Shown: positions 1 to 8,690 of the stretch, one piece after another
How the letters are laid out: each line of letters starts with the position of its first letter
How positions within the stretch are numbered: position 1 is the stretch's first letter
NCBI GenBank assembly: GCA_035607285.1
Contig: DATNBZ010000164.1
Span: 28,142-92,141 of the forward strand
Direction: 5' to 3'
From: Blastocatellia bacterium
GTDB taxonomy: Bacteria > Acidobacteriota > Blastocatellia > UBA7656
Length of the DNA stretch: 64,000 nucleotides
Translations under genes and position numbers: made by a program
The notes under the pieces: model-generated
What the model was told of the DNA's origin: nothing
What the model saw: the letters and a program-made list of their open reading frames with translations, nothing else
Databases searched by the model: none

Positions 1-915
1 CGTCGCGCCCTTGAACGGCGGACGGCCTGCGAGCATTTCATAAAACACGACGCCCAGGCTGAATAAGTCGGAGCGCCCGTCCATCGCGAGCCCGCGCGCC
101 TGTTCAGGCGACATATAGGTCACCGTGCCCATCAATATTCCCGGGTTTGTATCTACCGCTGAAAAGCTTGCGCCGGTGTCATGAATAAAGGCCTGCCGGT
201 CGCTCAGCTTTGCCAGTCCGAAGTCTACGACTTTCACATAGCCGTCGGGTCTGATCATTATGTTCTCGGGCTTGATGTCTCGATGGAGGATTCCTGCTTC
301 GTGCGCCGCCAGGAGCGCGCTTGCTACTTGAATGACCACATCGATCGATTCATCGAGCCTCATCTTTCCGCCTTTGATAGAGGCGCGCAGCGTGTGCCCT
401 TCAACGAACTCGGTTGCGATGAAGTGCGCGTCGGCTATGTGACCGACTTCATGAATGGTGATGATATTAGGATGATTGAGAGCAGAAGCGGCGCGCGCTT
501 CCTGCTTGAAGCGGCGCAGGCGTTCTTCATCGGTCCTGAAGCCGGCCGGCAGCAGCTTGAGAGCAACACGTCGGCCAAGGCGCGTGTCCTGCGCGAGATA
601 AACTTCTCCCATACCGCCCCGTCCTAACTGGCTTATGATCTTGTACGGGCCAAGGGACTGGCCTGTCGTAACCTTAGTCTCATGCGTGGCCAGCAAGGGG
701 GCGGCTACTTCGATCAAGGGCTTGTCGATGAGACTGTCGGCCTGCCCGTGAGCGGCGATGAGAGATTCGACTTCGTTTCGCATCTGCTCATCGTCACCGC
801 ACACTTCATCCAGAAACGCGGCCCGACCGCCGGCCCCGCGCTCGATTGCCGCATAGAACAGTTGCTTGGTTTGAAGCCAGCGTTCCGGCGTCATCGGTGC
901 TTTGTTATCAGTCAT
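1..915 (-). CDS. Serine/threonine protein kinase (Hanks-type), partial. The N-terminus lies in the window and the kinase domain runs off the window edge.
   Basis: The reverse-complement translation begins [13 protein letters not shown] and continues through [22 protein letters not shown] (glycine-rich loop), VALK (catalytic Lys), HRDIKPEN (catalytic loop), VVDFGLAK (DFG) and SPEQ (activation segment). The frame stays open to position 1. Confidence 0.85.
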   Translation of the reverse strand, partial: MTDNKAPMTPERWLQTKQLFYAAIERGAGGRAAFLDEVCGDDEQMRNEVESLIAAHGQADSLIDKPLIEVAAPLLATHETKVTTGQSLGPYKIISQLGRGGMGEVYLAQDTRLGRRVALKLLPAGFRTDEERLRRFKQEARAASALNHPNIITIHEVGHIADAHFIATEFVEGHTLRASIKGGKMRLDESIDVVIQVASALLAAHEAGILHRDIKPENIMIRPDGYVKVVDFGLAKLSDRQAFIHDTGASFSAVDTNPGILMGTVTYMSPEQARGLAMDGRSDLFSLGVVFYEMLAGRPPFKGAT

Positions 916-1023
916 TGGTCACTAGCGTTCAACGTATCTCCCTTTCTCGAGCGGATTCCTTGCGCAAAGCTCGCAAAGTACCGCAAAGCTCGCGGGTGCC
1001 TTTAATCGCTGTCCTGAGAATTC

Positions 1024-1190
1024 CCTGGAACCCCGTACGGGTAGAATGTTTATAGTAGCGAGCTCCATACGTTGCTAACCCCGTAGGCGTGAAATGTTCC
1101 TGCGCTCAACTCTATGCCGCACCTAACGGAGCTGAGGAGTCCACGTCGGCGTCCGTAACTATAAACATCGCACCCCTACGGGGTTGCCGG
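1024..1190. repeat. Long interrupted palindrome (about 26-bp arms around an about 110-bp spacer) in the kinase upstream region.
   Basis: ccccgtacgggtagaatgtttatagt ... actataaacatcgcacccctacgggg are near-perfect reverse complements. Confidence 0.5.
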
Positions 1191-1272
1191 CGGAACGCTC
1201 GATTCCCCGCTCTGAGTTCAGGGTGACCTATGTCCCAACCAAGTTCCAGTTTTAATCACACCCCTCGCGCGT

Positions 1273-4203
1273 TCAATTCGACTCGGAACTCACCGGGGTC
1301 TCCGCGTTTGGATCGCTGATAAATTCGACCATCCGTTGCCGGTATCGTTGATACAGGAACGACACCGCAAGCAGTATCGCGCCCAGCACGATGAACGAGA
1401 TTATCCGGTAAAGCTTTTCGAGCGACGAAAGGTCTAACAGGAAGACCTTGAAGATCGTCAGCCCAAGCAGCAACAGCGCCATTACCCGTAGCAGCTTGCT
1501 GCGTCGCGCGATTCCGATTGTAAGCATTGCTCCACCGTAGATCGCCCATACTACCGATAACGAAAGCTGCTGGGCCAGCCGCAAATCGCCGAGCGGTCCC
1601 GGCGTCGCCGCGCTGGCGCTGATCTTCGCCGCGAATGGACCCAACGCTTCGGCAGAAAGCGCCACCAGAGCGAGCAGGTTCGCGCCAGCCACAAGAACCG
1701 GCACTAGTAACCTGCTCTCTTCCTTATCCGCTGACCTGGCGCCCGAATAAAACCTGGCGCTCGACGCGAGTGCGTACACCAGCAACGCAAATGTCGCGAA
1801 AGTCTGGTTGAGAAAAAGCGTGTGCCACCCGGCGTTGTAATAAGACAGGTCGACTATCAAGACCTTTCCAATCGTGAGAGCGAGCAGGAGCAACGCGCCT
1901 ACCCTGAAAGCCTGCGTCCCGCGCTTGATGCCTACGAACAGCGCGACCGCGCCATAGATCGTCCAGACCACGGAGAGCACAAACTGCTTTGTATTCTCGA
2001 GTCGCAAGTAATCTATGCCCTGCGCTTCAGATCTGATCCTTGTGAAGTGTCCCCACACTTCGGCGCTGAGCGCGATGAGCGCAAGCACGTTGGCTGCGCC
2101 TATCAGCAGTGGAAGCATGATCTCACGCTCTGAATCGTCAGGTTCGAAGTTGCGCGCATAAAACCACGCTCCAAGAGCAAGCGCAGATACGATCAACGCG
2201 AAACTCGCAAAGGTCTGATTCAAGATCAGGAAGTGCCACGATGCCGCGTAGTAGTTCAGGTCAACCACTAAAACTTTTACCGTCGCTCCGGCGAGCAGGA
2301 GAATCGCGAGAAATCGCAGCGGCCTGATCTTGCGCGTGACCCCGATGAACAACGTTCCTACACCGTACATCGTCCATAAAGCGGTGAGCGTCAGCGCCTT
2401 CGTGTTGCCGAGCGAGTTCGCAAAATCGACTCCCGACAGCGCCTTTCTCTGCTCGAAGTAATCATTAGCATCGATGCTCAGCAGCGCGATGGCGAGTGCG
2501 TTCGCTGCCAGTAGCAGCAACCCCCCGAAGCTCTTCCGGTCTTCACTGTTCTCGCTATACCGTTTGTAGAAAATCGACGCCGCGACTAGCGCGGCTATAA
2601 GCACCGCGCACGACAGCGCGCGCTTGTTCAAGAGGGGAACGAAATGAGCCGGCGCGAGATAAGCGAATTGCTCCAAGTCCCACATCGCCCAGTGATATAT
2701 CGCGATCGCGAAAACTACCAACGCGCCGTTCCGTGAAATTCGATCGTTCGCGCGCAATCCGATCCAGGTCATTACCGCGCCTTCGATCGCCCAGCCCATC
2801 GTTATCCAGTGCTGCTCGAATTGAATCGGCACCGCAAGCACCGAGAACAAAAATCCGAGCCCAAGAAAAGTAAACACCAGCAACTTGTCTTCGCGGTCCC
2901 GGCGATACGTGAAGTAGCCCAGCCCCAGATAGAACGCGGCTACAAGGACGGCGAAAAGGCCGAGCCTGCTGTGATATTTGTCATCGAGCAACGCGTAGCT
3001 CGTGCCGAAATAGAGCAGCGCATTCGAGAACACCATCGCGAGATCCAGCCATCCGGTGGGCCTGCGGTTCACCACGTTGTACAGGACTGCGAGCAACGCA
3101 AAGATGATGAAGAAAACGGACAGAAAGATGATAGTCGTTCGCAGCTTTGACGGGTCGTACCACGTCTCCATCCACGCCGCGAACATCAGGATGGTCGCGA
3201 TGAATGACAAATAATTAAGGCTGCGCCATTGTTTCGAGTAGGCCAGCAGAAGGACCCCCGCGTCGAGCACCGCTATGTACCCGAACAATCCGGTTTCATT
3301 GTCGATGCCGGTGGACAGAAGTATCGGAGTCAGGAAGCCGCCGATCAGCCCGAGGACCGCGATCGGCAACGCGCTGTATCTCGCGGCTAACAGCGACGCT
3401 GTAACGGTGACTACAACCATTAAGGCGAACGCTTCAGTAGAGGAAATCAGCCCATAGCGTTTTGACGACGCAAACCATATCGACGCGTACAGCACCGCGA
3501 TCCCGCCGCCGGTGAGACCGTACGCGTAACTCGCGTAGCGCTTTCGCAACCGCTCGCCGCCAACCAGGAACAGCACGCCGATGGCCACCCCGATCAGCAC
3601 TCTAGTCGTTGGGCCAATCCAATCGTTATCAACCGCGTACTTCAGAAAAAACGCGACGCCGAGAAAGATCGCCAGGACGCCAATTCGGTTGAACCAGTTT
3701 CCACCGATGCGGGATTCGAGATCGCTTTCCCTCAGCGAACGGGCCGACGTGACAGTTGGCGGCCCGGGTATCGAGTACTCGCCTGAACTCGAACGCGCCG
3801 TATGCGGCAGCGGAGTGTACGACGCCGGCGTACGCGGCAGCGTCGTTGCGGCGGCAGGCTCGCTTGATGGATCCGAAGCTTGCGGCAAAGAGCTCGGTGG
3901 TTGGCCGGCGGGCGAATCGCCGGAAACCGTTTTCGCGATCGGGGCGTTGGCTGGCTCCCGATGCGCCGGGAGTTTGGTTGCCGGTTCAACAGGTTTCGAA
4001 GCCTGGTCGCCGGCATGCACGTCTTCGCGCTTGTCCGCTGAAGCTGTCTTCAGGTCGCGCGGCACGGCGTGAAAGACGAGGCCCAGATGTTTTTCAATTT
4101 CATAAAGTCGCGAGGCCGTATCTCGCGCCACCAATTCCAGGTAGCTTAAGCGATCGTCCAACCGTTTGGATTTGTCGGGTGAGGATTGGTCATCATCAGC
4201 CAT
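1273..4203 (-). CDS. Large multi-pass membrane protein, DUF2339-like. It has an N-terminal coiled-coil/Pro-Ser-rich region followed by more than 20 predicted TM helices in repeated modules.
   Basis: A 976-aa ORF. The N-terminal soluble segment is followed by very hydrophobic repeating blocks (e.g. WHFLILNQTFASFAL / WHTLFLNQTFATFAL internal repeats). Confidence 0.6.
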   Translation of the reverse strand: MADDDQSSPDKSKRLDDRLSYLELVARDTASRLYEIEKHLGLVFHAVPRDLKTASADKREDVHAGDQASKPVEPATKLPAHREPANAPIAKTVSGDSPAGQPPSSLPQASDPSSEPAAATTLPRTPASYTPLPHTARSSSGEYSIPGPPTVTSARSLRESDLESRIGGNWFNRIGVLAIFLGVAFFLKYAVDNDWIGPTTRVLIGVAIGVLFLVGGERLRKRYASYAYGLTGGGIAVLYASIWFASSKRYGLISSTEAFALMVVVTVTASLLAARYSALPIAVLGLIGGFLTPILLSTGIDNETGLFGYIAVLDAGVLLLAYSKQWRSLNYLSFIATILMFAAWMETWYDPSKLRTTIIFLSVFFIIFALLAVLYNVVNRRPTGWLDLAMVFSNALLYFGTSYALLDDKYHSRLGLFAVLVAAFYLGLGYFTYRRDREDKLLVFTFLGLGFLFSVLAVPIQFEQHWITMGWAIEGAVMTWIGLRANDRISRNGALVVFAIAIYHWAMWDLEQFAYLAPAHFVPLLNKRALSCAVLIAALVAASIFYKRYSENSEDRKSFGGLLLLAANALAIALLSIDANDYFEQRKALSGVDFANSLGNTKALTLTALWTMYGVGTLFIGVTRKIRPLRFLAILLLAGATVKVLVVDLNYYAASWHFLILNQTFASFALIVSALALGAWFYARNFEPDDSEREIMLPLLIGAANVLALIALSAEVWGHFTRIRSEAQGIDYLRLENTKQFVLSVVWTIYGAVALFVGIKRGTQAFRVGALLLLALTIGKVLIVDLSYYNAGWHTLFLNQTFATFALLVYALASSARFYSGARSADKEESRLLVPVLVAGANLLALVALSAEALGPFAAKISASAATPGPLGDLRLAQQLSLSVVWAIYGGAMLTIGIARRSKLLRVMALLLLGLTIFKVFLLDLSSLEKLYRIISFIVLGAILLAVSFLYQRYRQRMVEFISDPNAETPVSSESN

Positions 4204-4339
4204 AAGAGGCCTCCGTAACTGTAACGCTCGTTGGTAAACTCTACAGCGCGCATTTGGGGGCTATAGATGAACCGGCAACCGCTCCGGTTGCATGACAATG
4301 CGTTCATCATCTTGTCCACTTGTAACGTCACGGGTCAAC

Positions 4340-4442
4340 CCTTCGCGTGCTTTGCGGTCCTTTGCGTCTTTGCGCTGAGTATTTGGGTCTTAGTTCTTCA
4401 ATACTCAACGCCAAGACGCAAGGACCGCAAAGCACGCGAAGG
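4340..4442. repeat. Family-A palindromic intergenic repeat element, copy A1 (inverted orientation relative to A2/A5).
   Basis: ccttcgcgtgctttgcggtcctttgcgtctttgcgctgagtatt ... aatactcaacgccaagacgcaaggaccgcaaagcacgcgaagg are perfect hairpin arms. The adjacent tail cgcaacccagaatccgaac matches the gttcggattctgcgt tail of other copies. Confidence 0.85.
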
Positions 4443-4622
4443 TTATTACGCAACCCAGAATCCGAACAGGACTGCTTGTCGTCACGCGGACCGCAAACTA
4501 GAATAGCTGCGAAGCGCGCGCTGGTACCCCGTGATCGATGCGTCTCAGTCACGTCAGGCGCCTTTGTTTCAAGCCGGACCCCACGTGCCAGGTTCGAATG
4601 GAATGAAAAAAGGAGATTCCAA

Positions 4623-7600
4623 ATGTCTCGATCAGATTTCCAAAGAACTGTTTCGACTATCGCCCGCGTCTTAACTCTCACCGCGGCTGCAGGTCTGCTC
4701 GCGAGTGCATCGTTGGTGTTTCCATCCTTTGTCAACGCCCAGACATTTAGAGGCTCAATCGTCGGAACCGTGACCGATGTAAATGCCGCTGCGATCCCCG
4801 ATGCATTAGTCGGCGCGCGCAACGTCGCAACCGGACTCGCGAGAACCTCGACTACCGACTCCGCCGGAAACTACTCGATACCAGAACTCCCGATCGGCAC
4901 TTATGAGGTGACGGTTACCAAAGCCAATTTCAAAACCTCGAGGGTCACCGAAGTCCAGGTCGGGGTCGCCAGTGAGCGGCGAACCGACGTCACCCTTGAA
5001 GTCTCCGGCGGTTCGGAGAGCGTCGAGATTTCGGCGAACGCGGTTCAGGTTGAAAGCACGACCAACACGCTCGGCGGAACAATCGCGGCGCGAGAAGTAG
5101 CGGACCTTCCGATCAACGGCCGGGACTTCACCAAGTTCCTGGTTCTTGTTCCCGGCGCGACGGGCGACCCTTCGGGCGCAACCGACTCGCCCGGTTCGTT
5201 CGGGTTGTTCAGCGCGAATGGAAATCGCGGACGCGCGAACAATTACCTGCTCGACGGAACCGATATGAACGACGGCTATCGCAATCTGCCGGCGATCAAT
5301 GAAGCCGGCGTCTTCGGCACTCCCGCCACCATTCTTCCCGTCGAAGCAATCGCAGAAGCCGCGATACTCTCGAACTTCGAAGCAGAGTATGGCCGCAACT
5401 CCGGCGCAATCGTAAACATCGTTACCAAGTCCGGGACCAACAACTTTCACGGCTCGTTGTTCGAGTTCTTCCGTAACAACTGGCTCGACGCGCGCAACTT
5501 CTTCAACCCCAAGCCCGATCCGCAAACGGCTTTTCGAAACAACCAGTTCGGCTTCGCCGCCGGCGGGCCCATCGTCAAAAACAAGACGTTCTGGTTCGCG
5601 AGCTACGAAGGTCAGCGCGAACGCGTAGGCCTGAACTCGGTTGCTCGAGTGCCTGATCCGCGCGAGATTGCAGCGCTCGGCGGCCCGCAGAACCCGGTGA
5701 TTGCCAGGCTGCTCGCGCGAAACCCATGGCCGGCGCCCAATCGCCCGGTCGCGCTGTTTGATCCGTCGCCGAACCTGTTCGTTACCACTCCGGCGCTAAA
5801 CGATGTAGACAGCTTCATCGCGAAGATCGATCATTCGTTCAACGAGCGCAATCAAGTCACCGGCCGCTACTACTACGGCAACAGCGATCAGTCTTTTCCT
5901 CTCGCGATACTTGCGGGCAACGTGCTGCCCGGCTTCAACACCGTCACCCCGACTACGGTCAACCTGCTTTCGCTTTCTTACGTGAAAGTCGTATTCGCGA
6001 AGAAGGTCAACGAGGCTCGTTTTGGTTACAACCGTTTCGACGAAGGTTTCTTTCCCGAAGACAGCGGCTTCGATCCCCGCTCGATCGGCCTGAACACGGG
6101 CATTGGAGGCGCGCAGGATTTTGGTCTGCCGTTTATCCGAATCAGAAACGATCCCAACTTCGGCTCCTCGCTCGCCTCGCTTGGAGCAACTCTCTCGGTC
6201 CCGCGAGCTCGCGTGGATACCAACTGGCATTTCATCGACAACTTTTCATGGAAGCTCGACCGGCACGAGATCAAGTTCGGCTACGAGTTTCGCCGAACGT
6301 TCATCAACGCGTTCTTCGACGCCGGCTATCGAGGCCGGCTGGATTTCGCATCGCTCGAGGATTTTCTCAGCGGCACGCTGAGCGGCGGACGCGCGGCGAT
6401 GGGCGACTCGCGGCGCAACACGTTTCAAAACTCACACGCCGGGTACGTTCAGGACAGCATTCGATGGAACCGCAATCTGACCATCAATCTCGGAGTGCGC
6501 TACGACTACTTCGGCGAGATCGGCGAGAAGCATGGCTTGTTGAGCAACTTCGATCCAACGCACGGCCTGAGGCTTGTGGGCGCCGGCGGGCTCGATCATT
6601 TGTACGACCGGGACCTCAACAATTTTTCTCCGCGAATTGGATTGGCGTGGGACGTCACCGGCAAAGGCAAGACGGTGGTGCGAGCCGGTTGGGGCATGTT
6701 CTACGATGCTTTTTCTCAAGACTTTTTTGTGGGCCAGCTTCCATTCAACACCTTCAACCCGGGGCCCGCTTACAATCCTGTCGGACCGGCGCCGATCCTG
6801 TTTTCGTTTTCGACCGTGTCTCAAATTCAGCCCGGCGTTCCGATCTTCACCGATTTCCTCGATTCGGATGTCTTCGCAGTCGATCAGCACCTGCGAACCC
6901 CTTACGTCCAGAATTTCAATCTGAACATCCAGCAGGAGCTGTTCAAGAACGTGGTGTTTCAAGTTGGCTACGTCGGCTCGCACGGGACGAAGCTCTTCCG
7001 CTATCGCGACATCAATCAACCGGTGAATCCCGCGGTGTCAACGGGGCGGCCCTTCGACAACGGACCGTTCGCGCCGTCGGGCGGAACGTTCTTCTATGTC
7101 AACAACCTCGAGACTACCGCCAACTCAAACTACAACGCGCTGCAGACGAGTCTTACTTTGCGAGATCGTCACGGTATCACTTCGATGGTCAACTACACGT
7201 GGTCGCACTCGATCGACAACGCATCGGACGGACAAGACTACGTGGCGAACGCTACACAGCCCGACAACAGCTTCCGGCCGGACCAGGAGCGAGGCAATTC
7301 GAATTTCGACGTGAGGCATCGGCTGGTGTGGTCTTTCAGCTATGAGATTCCTACTTTCCTGAAGAGCTACCCGAAACTCGGCGACGGCTGGCAATTGAAC
7401 GGGATCCTCACGCTGAGAAGCGGGAGCCCGTTTCACGTGAACTTGTTTGACGACTACAACGGCACGGGCGAATTCTTTCCGCGACCCGACATCGTCGGCG
7501 ATCCTTATGCAGGCACTCACACGCCCGACAATTTCCTGAACCTTGCGGCGTTCAAGGTCCCGTGCACTTTGGACCCAACGGGCGACGGCAGCGCGGCGTC

Positions 7601-7946
7601 GTGCATACCGGGCACTCAGCACTTTGGCAGCCTGGGCCGCAACTCTCTGATCGGTCCGGGCTACGCGAACCTGGATCTGTCGTTGTTCAAAACGACGCCG
7701 CTCGGCGAGCAGTTGAAGCTGCAGTTCAGAGCCGAGGTTTTCAATGTACTCAATCATCCCAACTTCTCATCGCCGCTGCTGCCGGGATTCTCGGCGGACG
7801 CGAGCTTCAACGGAATCGACCCGGTGACCGGAAGAGGCATCGGGTTCTTGCCGATCACTGTTACGCCTGACGTAGGAATCGGGAATCCCTTTTTAGGAGG
7901 CGGCGGCTCGAGGAACATTCAGCTTGCGGTGAGATTAACGTTTTAA
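4623..7946 (+). CDS. TonB-dependent-receptor-like outer-membrane protein with an N-terminal carboxypeptidase-regulatory-like (CarbopepD_reg) domain.
   Basis: RBS aaaggag precedes ATG 4623. A signal peptide is followed by SIVGTVTD...GNYSI..LP.GTYEVTV (CarbopepD_reg), plug-like NNYLLDGTDMND, a long beta-barrel, and a C-terminal aromatic residue (..AVRLTF). The upstream part of track ORF 4347 is a repeat artefact. Confidence 0.85.
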   Translation: MSRSDFQRTVSTIARVLTLTAAAGLLASASLVFPSFVNAQTFRGSIVGTVTDVNAAAIPDALVGARNVATGLARTSTTDSAGNYSIPELPIGTYEVTVTKANFKTSRVTEVQVGVASERRTDVTLEVSGGSESVEISANAVQVESTTNTLGGTIAAREVADLPINGRDFTKFLVLVPGATGDPSGATDSPGSFGLFSANGNRGRANNYLLDGTDMNDGYRNLPAINEAGVFGTPATILPVEAIAEAAILSNFEAEYGRNSGAIVNIVTKSGTNNFHGSLFEFFRNNWLDARNFFNPKPDPQTAFRNNQFGFAAGGPIVKNKTFWFASYEGQRERVGLNSVARVPDPREIAALGGPQNPVIARLLARNPWPAPNRPVALFDPSPNLFVTTPALNDVDSFIAKIDHSFNERNQVTGRYYYGNSDQSFPLAILAGNVLPGFNTVTPTTVNLLSLSYVKVVFAKKVNEARFGYNRFDEGFFPEDSGFDPRSIGLNTGIGGAQDFGLPFIRIRNDPNFGSSLASLGATLSVPRARVDTNWHFIDNFSWKLDRHEIKFGYEFRRTFINAFFDAGYRGRLDFASLEDFLSGTLSGGRAAMGDSRRNTFQNSHAGYVQDSIRWNRNLTINLGVRYDYFGEIGEKHGLLSNFDPTHGLRLVGAGGLDHLYDRDLNNFSPRIGLAWDVTGKGKTVVRAGWGMFYDAFSQDFFVGQLPFNTFNPGPAYNPVGPAPILFSFSTVSQIQPGVPIFTDFLDSDVFAVDQHLRTPYVQNFNLNIQQELFKNVVFQVGYVGSHGTKLFRYRDINQPVNPAVSTGRPFDNGPFAPSGGTFFYVNNLETTANSNYNALQTSLTLRDRHGITSMVNYTWSHSIDNASDGQDYVANATQPDNSFRPDQERGNSNFDVRHRLVWSFSYEIPTFLKSYPKLGDGWQLNGILTLRSGSPFHVNLFDDYNGTGEFFPRPDIVGDPYAGTHTPDNFLNLAAFKVPCTLDPTGDGSAASCIPGTQHFGSLGRNSLIGPGYANLDLSLFKTTPLGEQLKLQFRAEVFNVLNHPNFSSPLLPGFSADASFNGIDPVTGRGIGFLPITVTPDVGIGNPFLGGGGSRNIQLAVRLTF
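7838..7946 (+). repeat. Direct repeat DR1a, the 3' end of the TBDR-like gene. It is duplicated at 8497-8610.
   Basis: About 110 bp with more than 93% identity to 8497-8610. Both copies end exactly at a stop codon (taa vs tga). Confidence 0.9.
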
Positions 7947-8204
7947 TTAGCTCTGAGGTGAGTACTCAAAGTCAAAAATGAGAAGAAGTTCGGCAACTGG
8001 ACTCTGTTGCCCGGAGGAGGGAGACGTTATTGGCTCGATGTTGCTGGTCGTCACGGATGACGAGCGCGATATGTTAAGGAAGTGGATGCGGCGGAAATGA
8101 CGGTACGGTTTGCCCAGGAAATCTATGATGACCAGGCAACTTGCTTGAGATCCATGAGAAATATCCAGTAGATAAGGGTCACGTGAAGTTGTAGGATTAG
8201 GCAT

Positions 8205-8462
8205 ATGATCACCAAGCAAGCAGTCGCGGATAAGATTGGCGCATATCTTCACCACGCAATCTCGCTCGCCGAATTAGTAGACTGGGCCGAGGACGCGATG
8301 ATGGAAGGTGAGTTCGAAGAAGGCGACATTGATGCGCTACGGGCTGTTGTAGCCCGCCTCGGTCTGGCCGACGTGCGCGCATTTGGGTTGGAGTGGAGTG
8401 ACTGCGAAGAACTGCTTCGTCAACTCGGATTCTCTGCGCGAGTGGATATCGTCGCAGCATAG
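8205..8462 (+). CDS. Small hypothetical acidic protein (85 aa) inside the segment flanked by DR1a/DR1b.
   Basis: Intact ORF MITKQAVADKIGAYLHHAISLAELVDWAEDAMMEGEFEEGDIDALRAVV.... Local GC is lower than the surroundings. No recognisable family. Confidence 0.4.
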   Translation: MITKQAVADKIGAYLHHAISLAELVDWAEDAMMEGEFEEGDIDALRAVVARLGLADVRAFGLEWSDCEELLRQLGFSARVDIVAA

Positions 8463-8496
8463 CGGCCGCATTCATCACTTATCTACACTCAAAAAG

Positions 8497-8610
8497 AGCG
8501 GGGTCGGGTTCTTGCCGATCACTGTTACGCCTGACGCAGGAATCGGCAATCCCTTTTTAGGAGGCGGCGGCTCGAGGAATATTCAGCTTGCGGTGAGATT
8601 AACGTTTTGA
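8497..8610 (+). repeat. Direct repeat DR1b, an orphan copy of the last about 37 codons of the upstream TBDR-like gene.
   Basis: gggtcgggttcttgccgatcactgttacgcctgacgcaggaatcggcaatccctttttaggaggcggcggctcgaggaatattcagcttgcggtgagattaacgttttga matches 7838-7946. Confidence 0.9.
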
Positions 8611-8690
8611 CCTGTTGGCGCGCATTGTACAGCCCATTGTTCTGCGGCAATACGCGAGTCTGTCGTTTCCAGTGAGGTCTCAGGCTGAAA

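Noticed and set aside
1822-4205. Multiple plus-strand ORFs (e.g. 1822-2133, 2809-3150, 3581-4072, 3756-4205) inside the DUF2339-like gene.
   Set aside because: They are antisense to a long, well-supported minus-strand membrane-protein ORF and have GC-rich, low-complexity, Arg-rich composition typical of out-of-frame high-GC artefacts.
4347-4622. The N-terminal extension of track ORF 4347..7946 (MLCGPLRLCAEY...), and similar MLCGPLRLC.. ORFs at 32621, 40233, 44492-44745 and 32567-32785.
   Set aside because: These peptides are translations of the family-A palindromic repeat. The same motif appears in both orientations and different frames, so they are artefacts, not gene starts.
8383-8610. 75-aa ORF ending ...GIGNPFLGGGGSRNIQLAVRLTF.
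   Set aside because: It is created by the orphan duplicated 3' end of the TBDR-like gene (DR1b). It lacks the rest of the barrel and is not an independent functional gene.
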